Shown: positions 18,553 to 28,526 of the stretch, in pieces
Position numbering within the stretch: position 1 is the first letter of the stretch
Layout: every line of letters starts with the position of its first letter
DNA from: Candidatus Marinacidobacterium sp.
GTDB taxonomy: Bacteria > Acidobacteriota > Vicinamibacteria > Marinacidobacterales > Marinacidobacteraceae
Direction of reading: 5' to 3'
DNA length: 64,000 nt
Assembly (NCBI GenBank): GCA_965220965.1
Contig: CBDCRI010000001.1
Location: 32,001-96,000, forward strand
Made by a program: the position numbers and the translations under genes
The notes under the pieces: model-generated
What the model was told of the DNA's origin: nothing
The model's input: the letters and a program-made list of their open reading frames with translations, nothing else
Database searches by the model: none

Positions 18553-20529
18553 TCAGAAGCCCATCTCGACCTGCCGGGGCGCGCGCCACGGCGAGGCGGC
18601 GTCCCGGCGCCCGCGGTCCGCGTCCGGCGCCGGCTCCGCGGGCGCCGCCGGCGCGCCGGCCCTCGGCGGCCGGAACGGCTGGCGGATCGGCCCGTGCGAC
18701 GGTGACAGCAGGCCGACCCCGGCCTCCACCATCCCCGCCAGCTTCTCGCGGATGCCGCCGTCGAGCTCGCCGGGCAGGGGGTAGGGGTAGGAGTCGGCGC
18801 CCTCGCGCTCCTCCCAGAACGCGGTTGGGCAGGACTCCGGGCTGGAGAAGAGCACCAGCAGGTGGTTGCGCCGGCCGGCCCCCTCCAGCGCCTCGGCCAC
18901 GGCGCCCTCGAAGGCGCGGGCGGCGATCTCGGCGGCGGTGCCGTAGTAGGGCTTGCGGGCGCCCTTGTCCATCTCGCGGCTGCGCCGGGCGAGCGCCGAG
19001 TGGCCGGTGAGCGTGGCCAGCCTGGCCACGACGAGCGCGAACTCATCGCCCGCCTGGCCCGGCGCGCTGGCGAGCTCGCTCAGCATGGCGTCGGGGCGCC
19101 CGGTGAGGGCTCGGCCGACGTGCGAGTCGAGGGCGTGCAGCCACTCGTGGGCCAGGGTGCCGTAGCCGTTGCCCTTGGTCAGGTTGATGACCCGCTCGAG
19201 GCGCTCGTAGTGCGCGTAGGGCGCCTTGGTCCCGCCTCGGCCGCGGGCGCCGAAGGCGATGCCCAGCGACTCGCCGAGAGACAGCGCCCGCGGCGGCAGG
19301 CCCAGCGCGTCGGCCAGGTCCATCAGGGCGTCGTGCCCGTGGTTGAGGAAGTCCTGGCGCTCCGCCTGCCGCACCCAGTTGCCCCACTGGATGCCGCGGA
19401 AGCCGAACTTGCTCAGGAACGCCTCCGGGGTGATCGACGCCCCCGGCGGCCGGTGGTCCGGGCCGAGCCGCACCTGGGGCGTCGCCTGGCGCAGCGCCGG
19501 CACCCGCCGCAGCCGGTCCGCCCGCTTGCACAGCCGCCCGTAGTGCGCGCGCACGTGCGCCCGCGCCGCATCGATGCCCGCGTCGGGGATGCGCTCCAAG
19601 GGCAGGTGCAGGCCGTTGGGCAGCGGCACGCCGATGACCGCCTCCCCGCCGTGGCGCACGTAGCCGATCTCGCCGTGCTGAAGGCGCCGGCGCTGGGCCA
19701 GCGCGCCCTCGGCGGCCGCCAGCGCGCGGCAGGCCGCGTCGCCGGCCGGGAAGCCGTCCGCCCTCGCCAGCCGGACCACGCGGCCCGGTGCAAGCATGCG
19801 CCCGTCGTCGACCGGGTCGTCGGCCACGCCGTGGCGCACGGTCGCCAGCGACCAGGCGCCGCCGTCCCCGCGCGCCGCTACGGCGCGGGCGCGCATCGGG
19901 CCGTCCTGGCCGGCCATGAGCTGGCCCAGCGCCCTGCAGACGACGTCGAGGGCGGGCCGGTCGAGCTCCTCCAGGGGCACGCCGGCGGCCTCGCCCGGAC
20001 CCTGGCCGTTGAACGGGCTGTCCGGGTCGAGCGCCGGGAACAGCCGCTCCACGGTGGCCTCAAGGGACGCGCCCAGGTGCGCCTTCGACCAGGCGGCGAG
20101 GGCGGCGCTGGCCCCCCAGGTCCGGTTGCCGTCGCGCTCGACGCACAGCGCCTCGGCCGGCAGCGGGCCGGCCCGCAGGATGGCGTCGACGGCGTCGAGC
20201 CCGCGCAGGGCGGCGCTGGCGCGAGTGTAGCGGTGCAGGGCGAGCCCGCCCTCGGGGAGCCGCGCCGCCCGCCGCTCCAAGGCGCGCAGGGCGGCCCGGT
20301 AGTGCGCCGCGACGTGCTCCGCCAGCGCCCGCGCCAGGGCGACGTTGGCCGCCGGGGCGGCCTGGGCCGCCCACGGCCGGCCGGCCAGGGCGTCGAGGCG
20401 GCGCGGCGGCAGCAGCCGTCCGGCCGCCGGGGGCGCCTCCCGGGCCTCCGGCCGGTCGGCGCGCAGCGCCGCCAGCTCCTTGCGCGAGCCCGGGATCACC
20501 GCCCCGGCGTCGGCGATCGCCGCCCTCAC
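18553..20529 (-). CDS. LPD1 / CLCA_X-like polyvalent-protein domain with zincin HExxH motif
   Basis: FGFRGIQWGNWV..RQ..LN...DALMDLA, LGIAFGARG, AHYE, INLTK..G.GTLAHEWLHALD, EIAARAFE, YPYP. Confidence 0.8.
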   Translation of the reverse strand: MRAAIADAGAVIPGSRKELAALRADRPEAREAPPAAGRLLPPRRLDALAGRPWAAQAAPAANVALARALAEHVAAHYRAALRALERRAARLPEGGLALHRYTRASAALRGLDAVDAILRAGPLPAEALCVERDGNRTWGASAALAAWSKAHLGASLEATVERLFPALDPDSPFNGQGPGEAAGVPLEELDRPALDVVCRALGQLMAGQDGPMRARAVAARGDGGAWSLATVRHGVADDPVDDGRMLAPGRVVRLARADGFPAGDAACRALAAAEGALAQRRRLQHGEIGYVRHGGEAVIGVPLPNGLHLPLERIPDAGIDAARAHVRAHYGRLCKRADRLRRVPALRQATPQVRLGPDHRPPGASITPEAFLSKFGFRGIQWGNWVRQAERQDFLNHGHDALMDLADALGLPPRALSLGESLGIAFGARGRGGTKAPYAHYERLERVINLTKGNGYGTLAHEWLHALDSHVGRALTGRPDAMLSELASAPGQAGDEFALVVARLATLTGHSALARRSREMDKGARKPYYGTAAEIAARAFEGAVAEALEGAGRRNHLLVLFSSPESCPTAFWEEREGADSYPYPLPGELDGGIREKLAGMVEAGVGLLSPSHGPIRQPFRPPRAGAPAAPAEPAPDADRGRRDAASPWRAPRQVEMGF

Positions 20530-22307
20530 GGCGCCGCTCCGGGCCCCGGGCGCGCCGGCACGGCCCCGGCGAGGTGCGCCCGCGCCTGGGCCAGCAGCGC
20601 CTCGGCGCGCTCGCGCACCGCCTCGCCGGTTCCGTTGCCCAGGGCGGCCTTGGCGAGCTCCCCGCCCGCGCCGCCGTCGGCGGGGAAGGGGTCGGGGCCG
20701 TCGGGGACGAACCCCGCCAGCTCGTCGATCCGGGCGTTGTGCGCGCGGACCGCGCGCAGCATGTCGCCGCGGCCCATCAGGCGGCGGCCGCCGCGGTCCT
20801 CCTCCCGCGCCACCTCGGCGTCGCCGGCGGCCAGCGCGCCCCCGTCCGGCAGCCCGGCGCGCAGGCTGCGCAGCCACGACTCCGCCTCCAGCCAGCGGCT
20901 GGCGAGCGCGTCGGCGTCGGCGTCCGTGAGCAGGGCGGCGACGCCCGACAGCATGCGCGGCAGCGTCACCGGCTCCGGGTAGGAGGCGACCATCTGGCGC
21001 CACTTGAGGTCGGCCAGCTTGCGGCCGACCGCCAGCTGCCCCGCCGCCGGGCAGTCGAACAGGCGGGCCGCGCGGAAGGGGTTGAAGGCGTGCAGCTTGC
21101 GCATCGGCATGGCCGCGGCGAGATCGGCGCACAGGGTCTCGAGGCGGGCGGCGTCCTTGGCGGAAAGCCCGATGCGGCGCGCGCTCTGGCGGCGCGGGTG
21201 CGGGTCACGGCGCACGCGCGCGCCGTTGGCGAACAGGGCCTCCATGGCGGCCTGCGCCCGGTCCGGCTCGGCGTCGAGCAGCCGCTGCCCGGCCGCGTGG
21301 TCGCCGCGCTTCGCGGGCAGGATGCAGCGCGCGTCCCAGTGCAGGTTCATGAGCCCCGGGTAGAGCACGCCGACCGGCGGGGCGGCGCCGAGCGCCGCCT
21401 TGCGCTCCTCCTCGGGCAGCGCCATCGCCCCCTCGAGGGCGGCCGGCTCCATGGCCAGCAGGCGCTCGATGGCCTTCGGCGCGGTGGTCTTCCACGCCGG
21501 CCAGCCGCCCTGCGCGGTGGCCGGCAGGCGCGCCACCCGGTAGCCGGTGGCGTAGGGGCGGCCGGGCCCGACCACGCCGACCCCCACGGGCTGCGGGGCG
21601 TGGGGGGACTCCGCGGCGGCCTCGAGCAGGGGGCGGGCGCGCTCGCGGTTGTCGGCCAGGGCGGCGCGCACCGCGGCCAGCGGCCCGGCGCAGTGCCGGG
21701 CCACCGCCAGCGTCTGGCGGGCGTCGGCGTCGGCGCGGTGGGCGTCGCCGCCGAAGGGGAACCCGAAGTGCCGCGCCACCGCCTCCAGGGCGAAGGTCGG
21801 CAGCCCGCGCTCGTTCAGGGGCAGGGCGATGCCGAGGTCGCTGCGCACCTCCGGGTCCGGGTGCGCCTGCAGCCAGTGCGCGTACTGCAGCAGCGCCATG
21901 AGGTCGTTGGCCGGCGCCGCCAGCGCCGCCGCCGACTCCTGCCCGTGGTCGAGGGCGAAGCCGCGGATCGCCCGGCTGTCGAAGCGGTCGGAGTTGTAGC
22001 CCCAGCTCTCCCGCGGGTCCGCCGTCTGGGCGTGGCCGGCCAGCGCGGTCACCATCTCGACGGCCAGCTCCAGCGGCGTGAGGGCGCGCCCGCCGCGCGG
22101 GTCGGCCGCCTTGCGCACGTGGGGCGCGATGCCGTGCACGCAGCAGGCCACCGGGGAGGCGTGCTCCGGCCCCAGCACGCCCTCCAGGGTGCCCGACCGC
22201 GGCATCTCGCCGTCGAGCGCCGCCTCGTCGTGGGACCAGCCGAACTGCAGCACCGCCAGGTGCGCGTCCAGCTCCGTGCCGTTGGTTTCGACGTCGATGG
22301 CGAGCAT
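20526..22307 (-). CDS. Exonuclease I (SbcB)-like DEDDh 3'-5' exonuclease
   Basis: Motifs IDVETNG, GYNSDRFD, FALEAVA and AHRADADA; about 590 aa. Confidence 0.75.
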   Translation of the reverse strand: MLAIDVETNGTELDAHLAVLQFGWSHDEAALDGEMPRSGTLEGVLGPEHASPVACCVHGIAPHVRKAADPRGGRALTPLELAVEMVTALAGHAQTADPRESWGYNSDRFDSRAIRGFALDHGQESAAALAAPANDLMALLQYAHWLQAHPDPEVRSDLGIALPLNERGLPTFALEAVARHFGFPFGGDAHRADADARQTLAVARHCAGPLAAVRAALADNRERARPLLEAAAESPHAPQPVGVGVVGPGRPYATGYRVARLPATAQGGWPAWKTTAPKAIERLLAMEPAALEGAMALPEEERKAALGAAPPVGVLYPGLMNLHWDARCILPAKRGDHAAGQRLLDAEPDRAQAAMEALFANGARVRRDPHPRRQSARRIGLSAKDAARLETLCADLAAAMPMRKLHAFNPFRAARLFDCPAAGQLAVGRKLADLKWRQMVASYPEPVTLPRMLSGVAALLTDADADALASRWLEAESWLRSLRAGLPDGGALAAGDAEVAREEDRGGRRLMGRGDMLRAVRAHNARIDELAGFVPDGPDPFPADGGAGGELAKAALGNGTGEAVRERAEALLAQARAHLAGAVPARPGPGAAP

Positions 22308-22356
22308 GTGCAGCGCTCCTTGTGGCTCCGTGCGGGCGGCCGTCGCCGGCCGGGGG

Positions 22357-23049
22357 TCAGGCCGCCTTCGGGCGCCCCTCGGCCAGCCAGGCCTGCAGCG
22401 ATTGTACTAACCCGAACTCGGTTCGCTCCCGCGTGGGGTCCAGGCCGCGCAGCAGGCAGGAGGCGGCCTTGCGCCCCATGCGGCGCCACTCGTCGCCCTC
22501 CGGCAGCCGGTTGAGCACCCAGATCGCCGTGCAGGGGTCGTCGGCGATGCCGGCCCGCGGGTAGCGCAGCATGCGCAGCCAGCGCTCCTCGAGGCCCGGG
22601 TGCAGCGAGGCCAGGCAGCCGAGGCTGTTGCGCCAGGTGGCGTCGGACAGGCCGGCGACGCGCCTGGCCGCGGCCGGGGTCAGGGACTCCTCGCCGGTGG
22701 CGGGGGAGGCCGGCGTCAGGTGCGCCATCCAGTGGCTGAGGACCTCGGCGATCTTCACCTCGCCCTCGCGCTTGCCGACCGCCAGCGCGACCTCCGCCAC
22801 CCGGTCCACCCAGTGCGCCGCCAGCCGCACGTCGTGCAGCCCCTGGCACCAGGCGTAGACGGTCTCCGGGCGGGCGCGCATCGAGGCGACCCCGCCGGGC
22901 GCCTCCCCCTCCCTGAGGCGGGCCACCTTGAGCCGGTCGCAGGCCGCGTAGGGCGGCCGCGCCGCCCAGACCTCGCCGTCCATGGCCAGGCGCACGTCGC
23001 CGAGCGGGCCGCCGGCCGCCAGCAGCGCCGCCCGGACCCGCTCAGCCAT
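22357..23049 (-). CDS. Hypothetical protein
   Basis: 230-aa ORF in operon between dnaQ and the ExoI-like gene. Confidence 0.6.
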   Translation of the reverse strand: MAERVRAALLAAGGPLGDVRLAMDGEVWAARPPYAACDRLKVARLREGEAPGGVASMRARPETVYAWCQGLHDVRLAAHWVDRVAEVALAVGKREGEVKIAEVLSHWMAHLTPASPATGEESLTPAAARRVAGLSDATWRNSLGCLASLHPGLEERWLRMLRYPRAGIADDPCTAIWVLNRLPEGDEWRRMGRKAASCLLRGLDPTRERTEFGLVQSLQAWLAEGRPKAA

Positions 23050-23064
23050 GGCCGGCGGGCGCCC

Positions 23065-23790
23065 TCACGGCGCCGTCCACGCGAGCCTTTGGCGCGGCTC
23101 GGTGTCCGGGTCCGGGCCGGGCTCCTCGATGTCCCGGCTGGCCGTGGGCACCTCCATGCGCGACCCCGGCCCGCCCGCCGCCAGCGCCGGCCCCTGGCGG
23201 AACAGGTGCAGCATCAGCGTGGCGAGCAGGCGGGCGTCGCCGAGCGCCTCGTGGGCGCCGGCGCGGGCCTCGAACCCGTGGCGCAGGAGCAGCTGGTCCA
23301 GGCCGTACTGGCCGCGCCGCGGCGGCCCTCCGGAGGGGTAGTGGCGCTGGACGTGGGCCTGCGTGTCCACCCAGGAGGCGTGGCTGGAGAGGACGCCCGC
23401 CCGGCCCGCCCGCCGGCACTCCGCGTCGATGAAGGCGGCGTCGAAGGGGGCGTTGTGCGCCATCAGGATCGGCCGCGCCCCGCCGGGCGCCACGAAGGCC
23501 CAGAAGTCGGGGAGCCGGTCGCCGAAGGACAGGCCCTGGGCGCGCTGGCGCAGGAACTCGGGCGTCAGGCCGTGGGTGCGGAACGCGCCCTCGTCGCTCT
23601 CCGCGCCCTCCGGGGCGAACCAATGCTGCCACTCGCGGCCGGTCAGCCGCCCGCCGTCCACCTCGACGGCGGCCAGGGCCACCACCCGGTGGAGCTCCGG
23701 CTTGAGCCCGGTGGTCTCCACGTCCACCGCGCACCAGCGGTCCGCCAGCGGGTCGCAGGCGGGCAGGGCGAATGCGGGGTTCTCTCTCAT
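23065..23790 (-). CDS. dnaQ: DNA polymerase III epsilon-like proofreading exonuclease
   Basis: VDVETTGL, AFRTHGLT, AHNAPFD, LDQL and HEALGDA motifs. Confidence 0.85.
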   Translation of the reverse strand: MRENPAFALPACDPLADRWCAVDVETTGLKPELHRVVALAAVEVDGGRLTGREWQHWFAPEGAESDEGAFRTHGLTPEFLRQRAQGLSFGDRLPDFWAFVAPGGARPILMAHNAPFDAAFIDAECRRAGRAGVLSSHASWVDTQAHVQRHYPSGGPPRRGQYGLDQLLLRHGFEARAGAHEALGDARLLATLMLHLFRQGPALAAGGPGSRMEVPTASRDIEEPGPDPDTEPRQRLAWTAP

Positions 23791-23863
23791 GGCCGCGCTC
23801 CAGGCGCCTGTGGTGGCCCCCTACTGTAGCATTCGCGCGCCGCCGCGGGCCGCAGGCGGCGGG

Positions 23864-24895
23864 TCAGCCGACCACGCCGATGCCCATGATGAAGGGGAAG
23901 ACCTGGTAGATGACCCAGACCGCCACGACCCAGCAGACCACCTGCACGGCGAGGGCCACGTTGCCGTAGATGTCCTCCAGGTCCTCCTCGATCTTGATGA
24001 TGCCGACCTCGAAGCCCTTGCTGAGGACCTGCGGGTCCATCGTCGGGGCGCCCTCGCGCACGGCGGCGGCCTCCTCCGACCGGAGCATGTGGTGCTCCAT
24101 GCTCGCCACCAGGTCGTAGCCCTCCTCGACGAGGTGCGAGACGCGGTGCGTCATCAGGCTGTGCCAGGGGTTCTGGCGGAAGGCCTGCCGCCAGACGTCG
24201 ATCACGGCGGCCGGGGAGGCGCCGAGCCCGATCAGGACCTTCCCGAGGCGCAGGCACTCGGCGCCGAACAGGCGGTCCGAGATGCGGAACATCCCGTACT
24301 TGGCGGCCAGCAGCCGGTAGGGCTCGGGCAGCGAACGCCCCATCCAGGCGACCGCCGCCCAAAGGGCGAGCGGCACGCCGAGCGCAAGGTGCCAGTTGGC
24401 GACCAGCGCCTCCCCGTAGCCCACCCAGGCCGGCGCCTCCGACGCCAGCGCCAGCAGCAGCTCGCGCTGCGTGGCCATGCCCCCCAGGATGAGCAGCGAG
24501 ATCAGCGCCGCCATGATCGGGTTGCGGCTCGGCTCGATGACCTTGTGCCACATGTTGAGGCGCGCCCGGGTCTCGTCCACCAGGATGTTCAGGATGTCCG
24601 TGAGCCGCTCGTTCTCCTCCCCGATGGCGAGCATCGCGGCCTCGACCTCGGTGAAGTAGCCGTCGTCGCCCAGCCCCGGCATGTACAGGCCAGTCGTCGG
24701 CTGCTGGGCGATGCAGTGCGAGCAGAGCTTCCTGGACACCGGATGGGAGGCGTCGCGGGCCAGCATGGCGAGCGTTCGCCCGATGGGGATGCCCGCGTTG
24801 AGGTACCTGAGCACGGCCTGCAGGAGCCGCCGCCGCTCCTTCCGGTCGAACCGGACGCCCCTGCGCCAAAGCACGGCCAGCGGCCTGAGGATCAT
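23864..24895 (-). CDS. pilR: Type IVb pilus inner-membrane platform protein (PilR/GspF-like)
   Basis: YLNAGIPI and EAAMLAIGEE motifs with TM helices; follows the ATPase with an ATGA overlap. Confidence 0.72.
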   Translation of the reverse strand: MILRPLAVLWRRGVRFDRKERRRLLQAVLRYLNAGIPIGRTLAMLARDASHPVSRKLCSHCIAQQPTTGLYMPGLGDDGYFTEVEAAMLAIGEENERLTDILNILVDETRARLNMWHKVIEPSRNPIMAALISLLILGGMATQRELLLALASEAPAWVGYGEALVANWHLALGVPLALWAAVAWMGRSLPEPYRLLAAKYGMFRISDRLFGAECLRLGKVLIGLGASPAAVIDVWRQAFRQNPWHSLMTHRVSHLVEEGYDLVASMEHHMLRSEEAAAVREGAPTMDPQVLSKGFEVGIIKIEEDLEDIYGNVALAVQVVCWVVAVWVIYQVFPFIMGIGVVG

Positions 24896-26526
24896 GCGGC
24901 CATGGGCTCCCTGCGCTCGTGCGGGAAGGCGTCCGCGGTGATTCGCTCCGTTCGGATCTCTACCTGCTCCGGGTCGAGGGCGCCGGTCACGATCTTGGAG
25001 AAGCCGTGGGCGCGCATGGTGACCATGCCGCACTCGTCGATGAGGTAGCGGTCCATGGTCGAGAAGTCCCCGCGGGCGTAGAACTTCCGGATCTGGGCGT
25101 CGACCGTCATCACCTCCGCAACCAGCGTTTGCCCTTCGAATCCCTCGAGGCACCGCGGGCAGCCGTCCGGGTTGCGGAAGCGCATGTTCTCCGCCGACGG
25201 GTGGATGCCGGTGAGCCGCTCCACCAGCCGCCGCCTGCGGTCCCCAAGGTGTTTCAGGCTGCGCATCGGCACGCTGCAGTGCCGGCAGCTCACCGGAATC
25301 AGCTTCTGCGCGACGCCGCCGCGCAGGAAGTTCGGCAGGGTCAGCAGGTGCTCCTTCATGCCGAGCGTGACCAGCCGGGCGTGAATGCCGACGACGCCCT
25401 CGGTGTGCAGGGTCGACAGCACCACCTTGCCCTGCTCCGCAAGGATGCCCGCCGAGAGGATCGTGTCCTCGTCGCGGATCTCGCCGAGCACCAGCACGTC
25501 GGTGTCCTGGCGGACGGTGGCGCCCATCAGCAGCTTGGCCAGATCGCGCTCCCGTTCGTTGTTCGACGGCACCGGCACGTGGATGCAGTTCGGCAGGTAG
25601 GCCTCGACCGGATCGGCCATCTCCAGCACGCAGCGCTCCTCGGGGATCGCGCTCATCACCGCGTTGAGGCTCGTGCTCTTGCCGGAGTTGGTGGGGCCCA
25701 CGAACAGGAAGATGCCCTGGGCGTAGGCGCTCACCTCCCGGATCACCTCCAGATGCGACTCATGGTAGCCGGCCTCGTCCAGGTTCTGCACGTCGGTCGG
25801 CGAGCGCAGCCGCGCCACCAGCTTCATGCCGCCGTGCACCAAGGGCAGGGTGTTGAGGCGGACGGTGTACATCTTGCGCTCGCCGCCGGCCGGCGCGTGC
25901 TCGTACTCGAACATGCCGTCGCCAGGCCCGTCGCTGGGCATGTTGCCGGCGCCGAACGACGGGCCGGTGAAGTAGGAGCGGATCAGCTTGGCGGCCTGCT
26001 CCTCGGTGATGTCGCTGACGTCCACCAGCATGCCGTGGATGCGCAGCCGGATGCGGCTGACGAAGCCGCGCTCGCGGCGCGCCTCGATGTGGATGTCGGA
26101 GGCGTTGCGCTCGATCGCCTGCTGCAGGATCGAGTTGCCGTCGAGCTTGCCGACTTTGTGGCCCTCCACGACGGCCGCCGACCGATAGCCCAGGTCGCGG
26201 TGGTCGCGGCCCTCCAGCGTGCGCTGCAGCACGGTCTGGAACACCGGCGAGGAAACGACCCGCAGGCGCCCTCCCAAGCCGCCGGAGGCGACGCCGAGCT
26301 CCTGCAGTATGTCGTTGATCCGGGCGAACTCCTGCGTCCCGGAGGTGGTCTCCGGCACGTAGACCAGCCCGTCGACGTCGACCACGAACAGTTGGCGCGC
26401 CTGCCCGCGCTTGGCGTGCTCCGCGCGCAGCCACTCCAGCAACGGGCCGTTCGAGAGCAGTTGAACCCGATCGAAGTGGTCGATCGAGCGGATGGCGGCG
26501 CGCGCGCCGTTGGCGGCGCCCTTCAC
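24892..26526 (-). CDS. pilQ: Type IV pilus assembly ATPase (PilQ/GspE family)
   Basis: ASDIHIE, Walker A GPTNSGKST, DPVE, RQDTDVLVLGEIRD, STLH, CxxC pairs. Confidence 0.9.
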   Translation of the reverse strand: MKGAANGARAAIRSIDHFDRVQLLSNGPLLEWLRAEHAKRGQARQLFVVDVDGLVYVPETTSGTQEFARINDILQELGVASGGLGGRLRVVSSPVFQTVLQRTLEGRDHRDLGYRSAAVVEGHKVGKLDGNSILQQAIERNASDIHIEARRERGFVSRIRLRIHGMLVDVSDITEEQAAKLIRSYFTGPSFGAGNMPSDGPGDGMFEYEHAPAGGERKMYTVRLNTLPLVHGGMKLVARLRSPTDVQNLDEAGYHESHLEVIREVSAYAQGIFLFVGPTNSGKSTSLNAVMSAIPEERCVLEMADPVEAYLPNCIHVPVPSNNERERDLAKLLMGATVRQDTDVLVLGEIRDEDTILSAGILAEQGKVVLSTLHTEGVVGIHARLVTLGMKEHLLTLPNFLRGGVAQKLIPVSCRHCSVPMRSLKHLGDRRRRLVERLTGIHPSAENMRFRNPDGCPRCLEGFEGQTLVAEVMTVDAQIRKFYARGDFSTMDRYLIDECGMVTMRAHGFSKIVTGALDPEQVEIRTERITADAFPHERREPMAA

Positions 26527-27293
26527 GCGCGCCCCCCGGGCGCGGCCGCGCCGCGCCTGGCCTGGCCGGGCGAGTAGCGCAGCTCGAACTGCTCGCCGGT
26601 GGTGACGTTCTCCATCTCCATCTGCCAGCCGGCGGCCTGCGGCTCCGCGCTCAGGACCCGGTACAGGTTGCCGTCGTGGCGGAACTCCTCGCCCCGGCGG
26701 ACGATGGTGACCTGCGCGGTGACGCCGTCGTCGAGCAGGCGCATCACGGCGATGCGCACCGGCTCCACCACGGTCATGCTGACCACGCTCAGGGCCGCGT
26801 TGCGGCCGCGGTCGAGCGTCACCAGGCTGTCAATCCGCTCCCCGCCCGGCCCGCCCGCCGCCGGGCCGCCGGCCTGCGGCTGGGCCGCCGTCCCCGCGCC
26901 GCCGGCCACGGCCCGCTCGGCGATCATCTCGGAGACGACCGCCTCCACGCGCGACTCGAGCAGCGCAAGGATGCCGTCCTCGTCGCGCTCCCCCTTCTCG
27001 CGGATGGCCTCAAGGGCCTTGCGCAGCATCTCGGTCTCCGCCCCGTCGCCCATGATGGCCAGGGCGGCCTCCGGCGAGAGGCTGTTGGCCGCCTCCAGCT
27101 GGTTCATTATCTCCAGCACGTCGGACAGGATGCGCTTGGACTGCTCGCGCTCGAGGTGGCGCTGGCTCTCCATGGGGTCGATGGTGATCGGCGGGGCGGC
27201 GGGGGAGGGGCCGTCGACCTCCTGCGCCCGGCCCGCGGCGGCCAGCGCCAGCGCCAGCGCCGCGGCCAGCGCCCCCCGCATCGCGGCCGTCAC
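26523..27293 (-). CDS. PilP-like periplasmic pilus biogenesis protein
   Basis: Signal peptide, coiled coil and beta domain; position between the pilO-like gene and pilQ. Confidence 0.5.
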   Translation of the reverse strand: MTAAMRGALAAALALALAAAGRAQEVDGPSPAAPPITIDPMESQRHLEREQSKRILSDVLEIMNQLEAANSLSPEAALAIMGDGAETEMLRKALEAIREKGERDEDGILALLESRVEAVVSEMIAERAVAGGAGTAAQPQAGGPAAGGPGGERIDSLVTLDRGRNAALSVVSMTVVEPVRIAVMRLLDDGVTAQVTIVRRGEEFRHDGNLYRVLSAEPQAAGWQMEMENVTTGEQFELRYSPGQARRGAAAPGGRA

Positions 27294-28519
27294 GACGCCC
27301 CCCCCAGCGCGGAGGGGCCGAAGGCGGTGATCTGCACGTCGAGGTTGCGCCTCTGGCCGTCCGCCTGGTAGGTGACGGAGGCGGCGTCCATGCGGCACTG
27401 CATGTCGGCCAGCAGCGTCTCGAACAGGTGCAGCGCGTGGCCGTCGCCGCTGCTGTGCGCGAAGGAGACCTTGTACTCCTTGCCGCCCTCCATGTCCTCG
27501 ATGCTGCCGAGGCGAAGCGTGCCGCCGCGCTGCTCCACCGGGATGCGCCAGCGGCTGTACCAGAGCTCCATGTCCAGCCCCTCCGAGGCCAGCGCCTCCT
27601 CCGGCGCCCAGCGCTCGTCCATCTCCACCGTCCAGCCGCCCACGTCGTGGCGCAGGCGGCCGCCCTCGCGCGCCGCGAAGTCCCGCAGCGCCTCGACCCG
27701 GCGCCCGACGCTCCAGTCGCCGCCCGACCACGTCGCCAGCCCGTCGGCGTCCATGTGCAGGGCGCTGACGCCCTGCCCGCGGACCGCCCAGTCCTTGGCG
27801 AGCAGGCGCTTGAACCCGGCCCACTGGACCGGGCAGAGGTTGCGGCGGCTGTCCAGGATCGCCCGCTGGACCTGCAGGCGCGCCTGCTCGGCGAGGCGCT
27901 CCAGGCGCAGCCGCTCCTCGGCGCCGTCGTCCTGGAGCTGCGCGTGCACGCCCCAGGCGGCGAGCAGCAGCGCCGGGACGGTGAGCTGGGCCGGGTGCAG
28001 CCAGCCCTGGGCCAGGAACGCCAGGCCCGGACGGCGGTAGCGCGAGCGCTCGATGTCGTCGAAGGGCAGGTCCACCGCGAGGTCGTCGCTGTCGCAGACC
28101 GCCTGGCGGTGCTCGCCCTCCAGCACCCGGGCGCTCTCGCCGAGCGTCCTGACCTCGGCCTTCACCCGGTCGGCGCCGTCGAGCATGCCCTCCTCGCTCA
28201 CCGAGCCGTACTCGATCCGGGCGCGGTAGGCCCTGGCGCGCTGGGGGATGAACAGTTCGCAGATCTCCGGCAGCTCGGCCCATCCCGGCGCCTCGGCGCG
28301 CACGCTGCGCTCGATGTGCGCGGCCAGCGAGTAGCCGGGGTTGCGGGAGTAGCGCACCCGGTTGCCGCCGACCACGACCACGTACTTGGCGCGCGCGCGC
28401 AGCGCCTCCCGGTAAGGCTTCCAGAGCCGGTCCATGCCGGACAGGGACTGCACCCGCGGCTGGATGCGGATCACGCAGTCAAGCGTGCGGCCGGCGCCCA
28501 CGGACAGCGTCTGGATCAT
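27290..28519 (-). CDS. PilO-like pilus accessory protein
   Basis: GYSLAAHI motif and a central TM helix; pilN-O-P-Q-R gene order. Confidence 0.55.
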   Translation of the reverse strand: MIQTLSVGAGRTLDCVIRIQPRVQSLSGMDRLWKPYREALRARAKYVVVVGGNRVRYSRNPGYSLAAHIERSVRAEAPGWAELPEICELFIPQRARAYRARIEYGSVSEEGMLDGADRVKAEVRTLGESARVLEGEHRQAVCDSDDLAVDLPFDDIERSRYRRPGLAFLAQGWLHPAQLTVPALLLAAWGVHAQLQDDGAEERLRLERLAEQARLQVQRAILDSRRNLCPVQWAGFKRLLAKDWAVRGQGVSALHMDADGLATWSGGDWSVGRRVEALRDFAAREGGRLRHDVGGWTVEMDERWAPEEALASEGLDMELWYSRWRIPVEQRGGTLRLGSIEDMEGGKEYKVSFAHSSGDGHALHLFETLLADMQCRMDAASVTYQADGQRRNLDVQITAFGPSALGGAS

Positions 28520-28526
28520 GGCGCCC

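Noticed and set aside
15066-19010. 1314-aa plus-strand ORF and other very long ORFs (9778-13596 -, 15193-18468 -, most of 35736-38942 -)
   Set aside because: Shadow or off-frame ORFs caused by stop-codon scarcity at high GC; they overlap genes with clear motifs.
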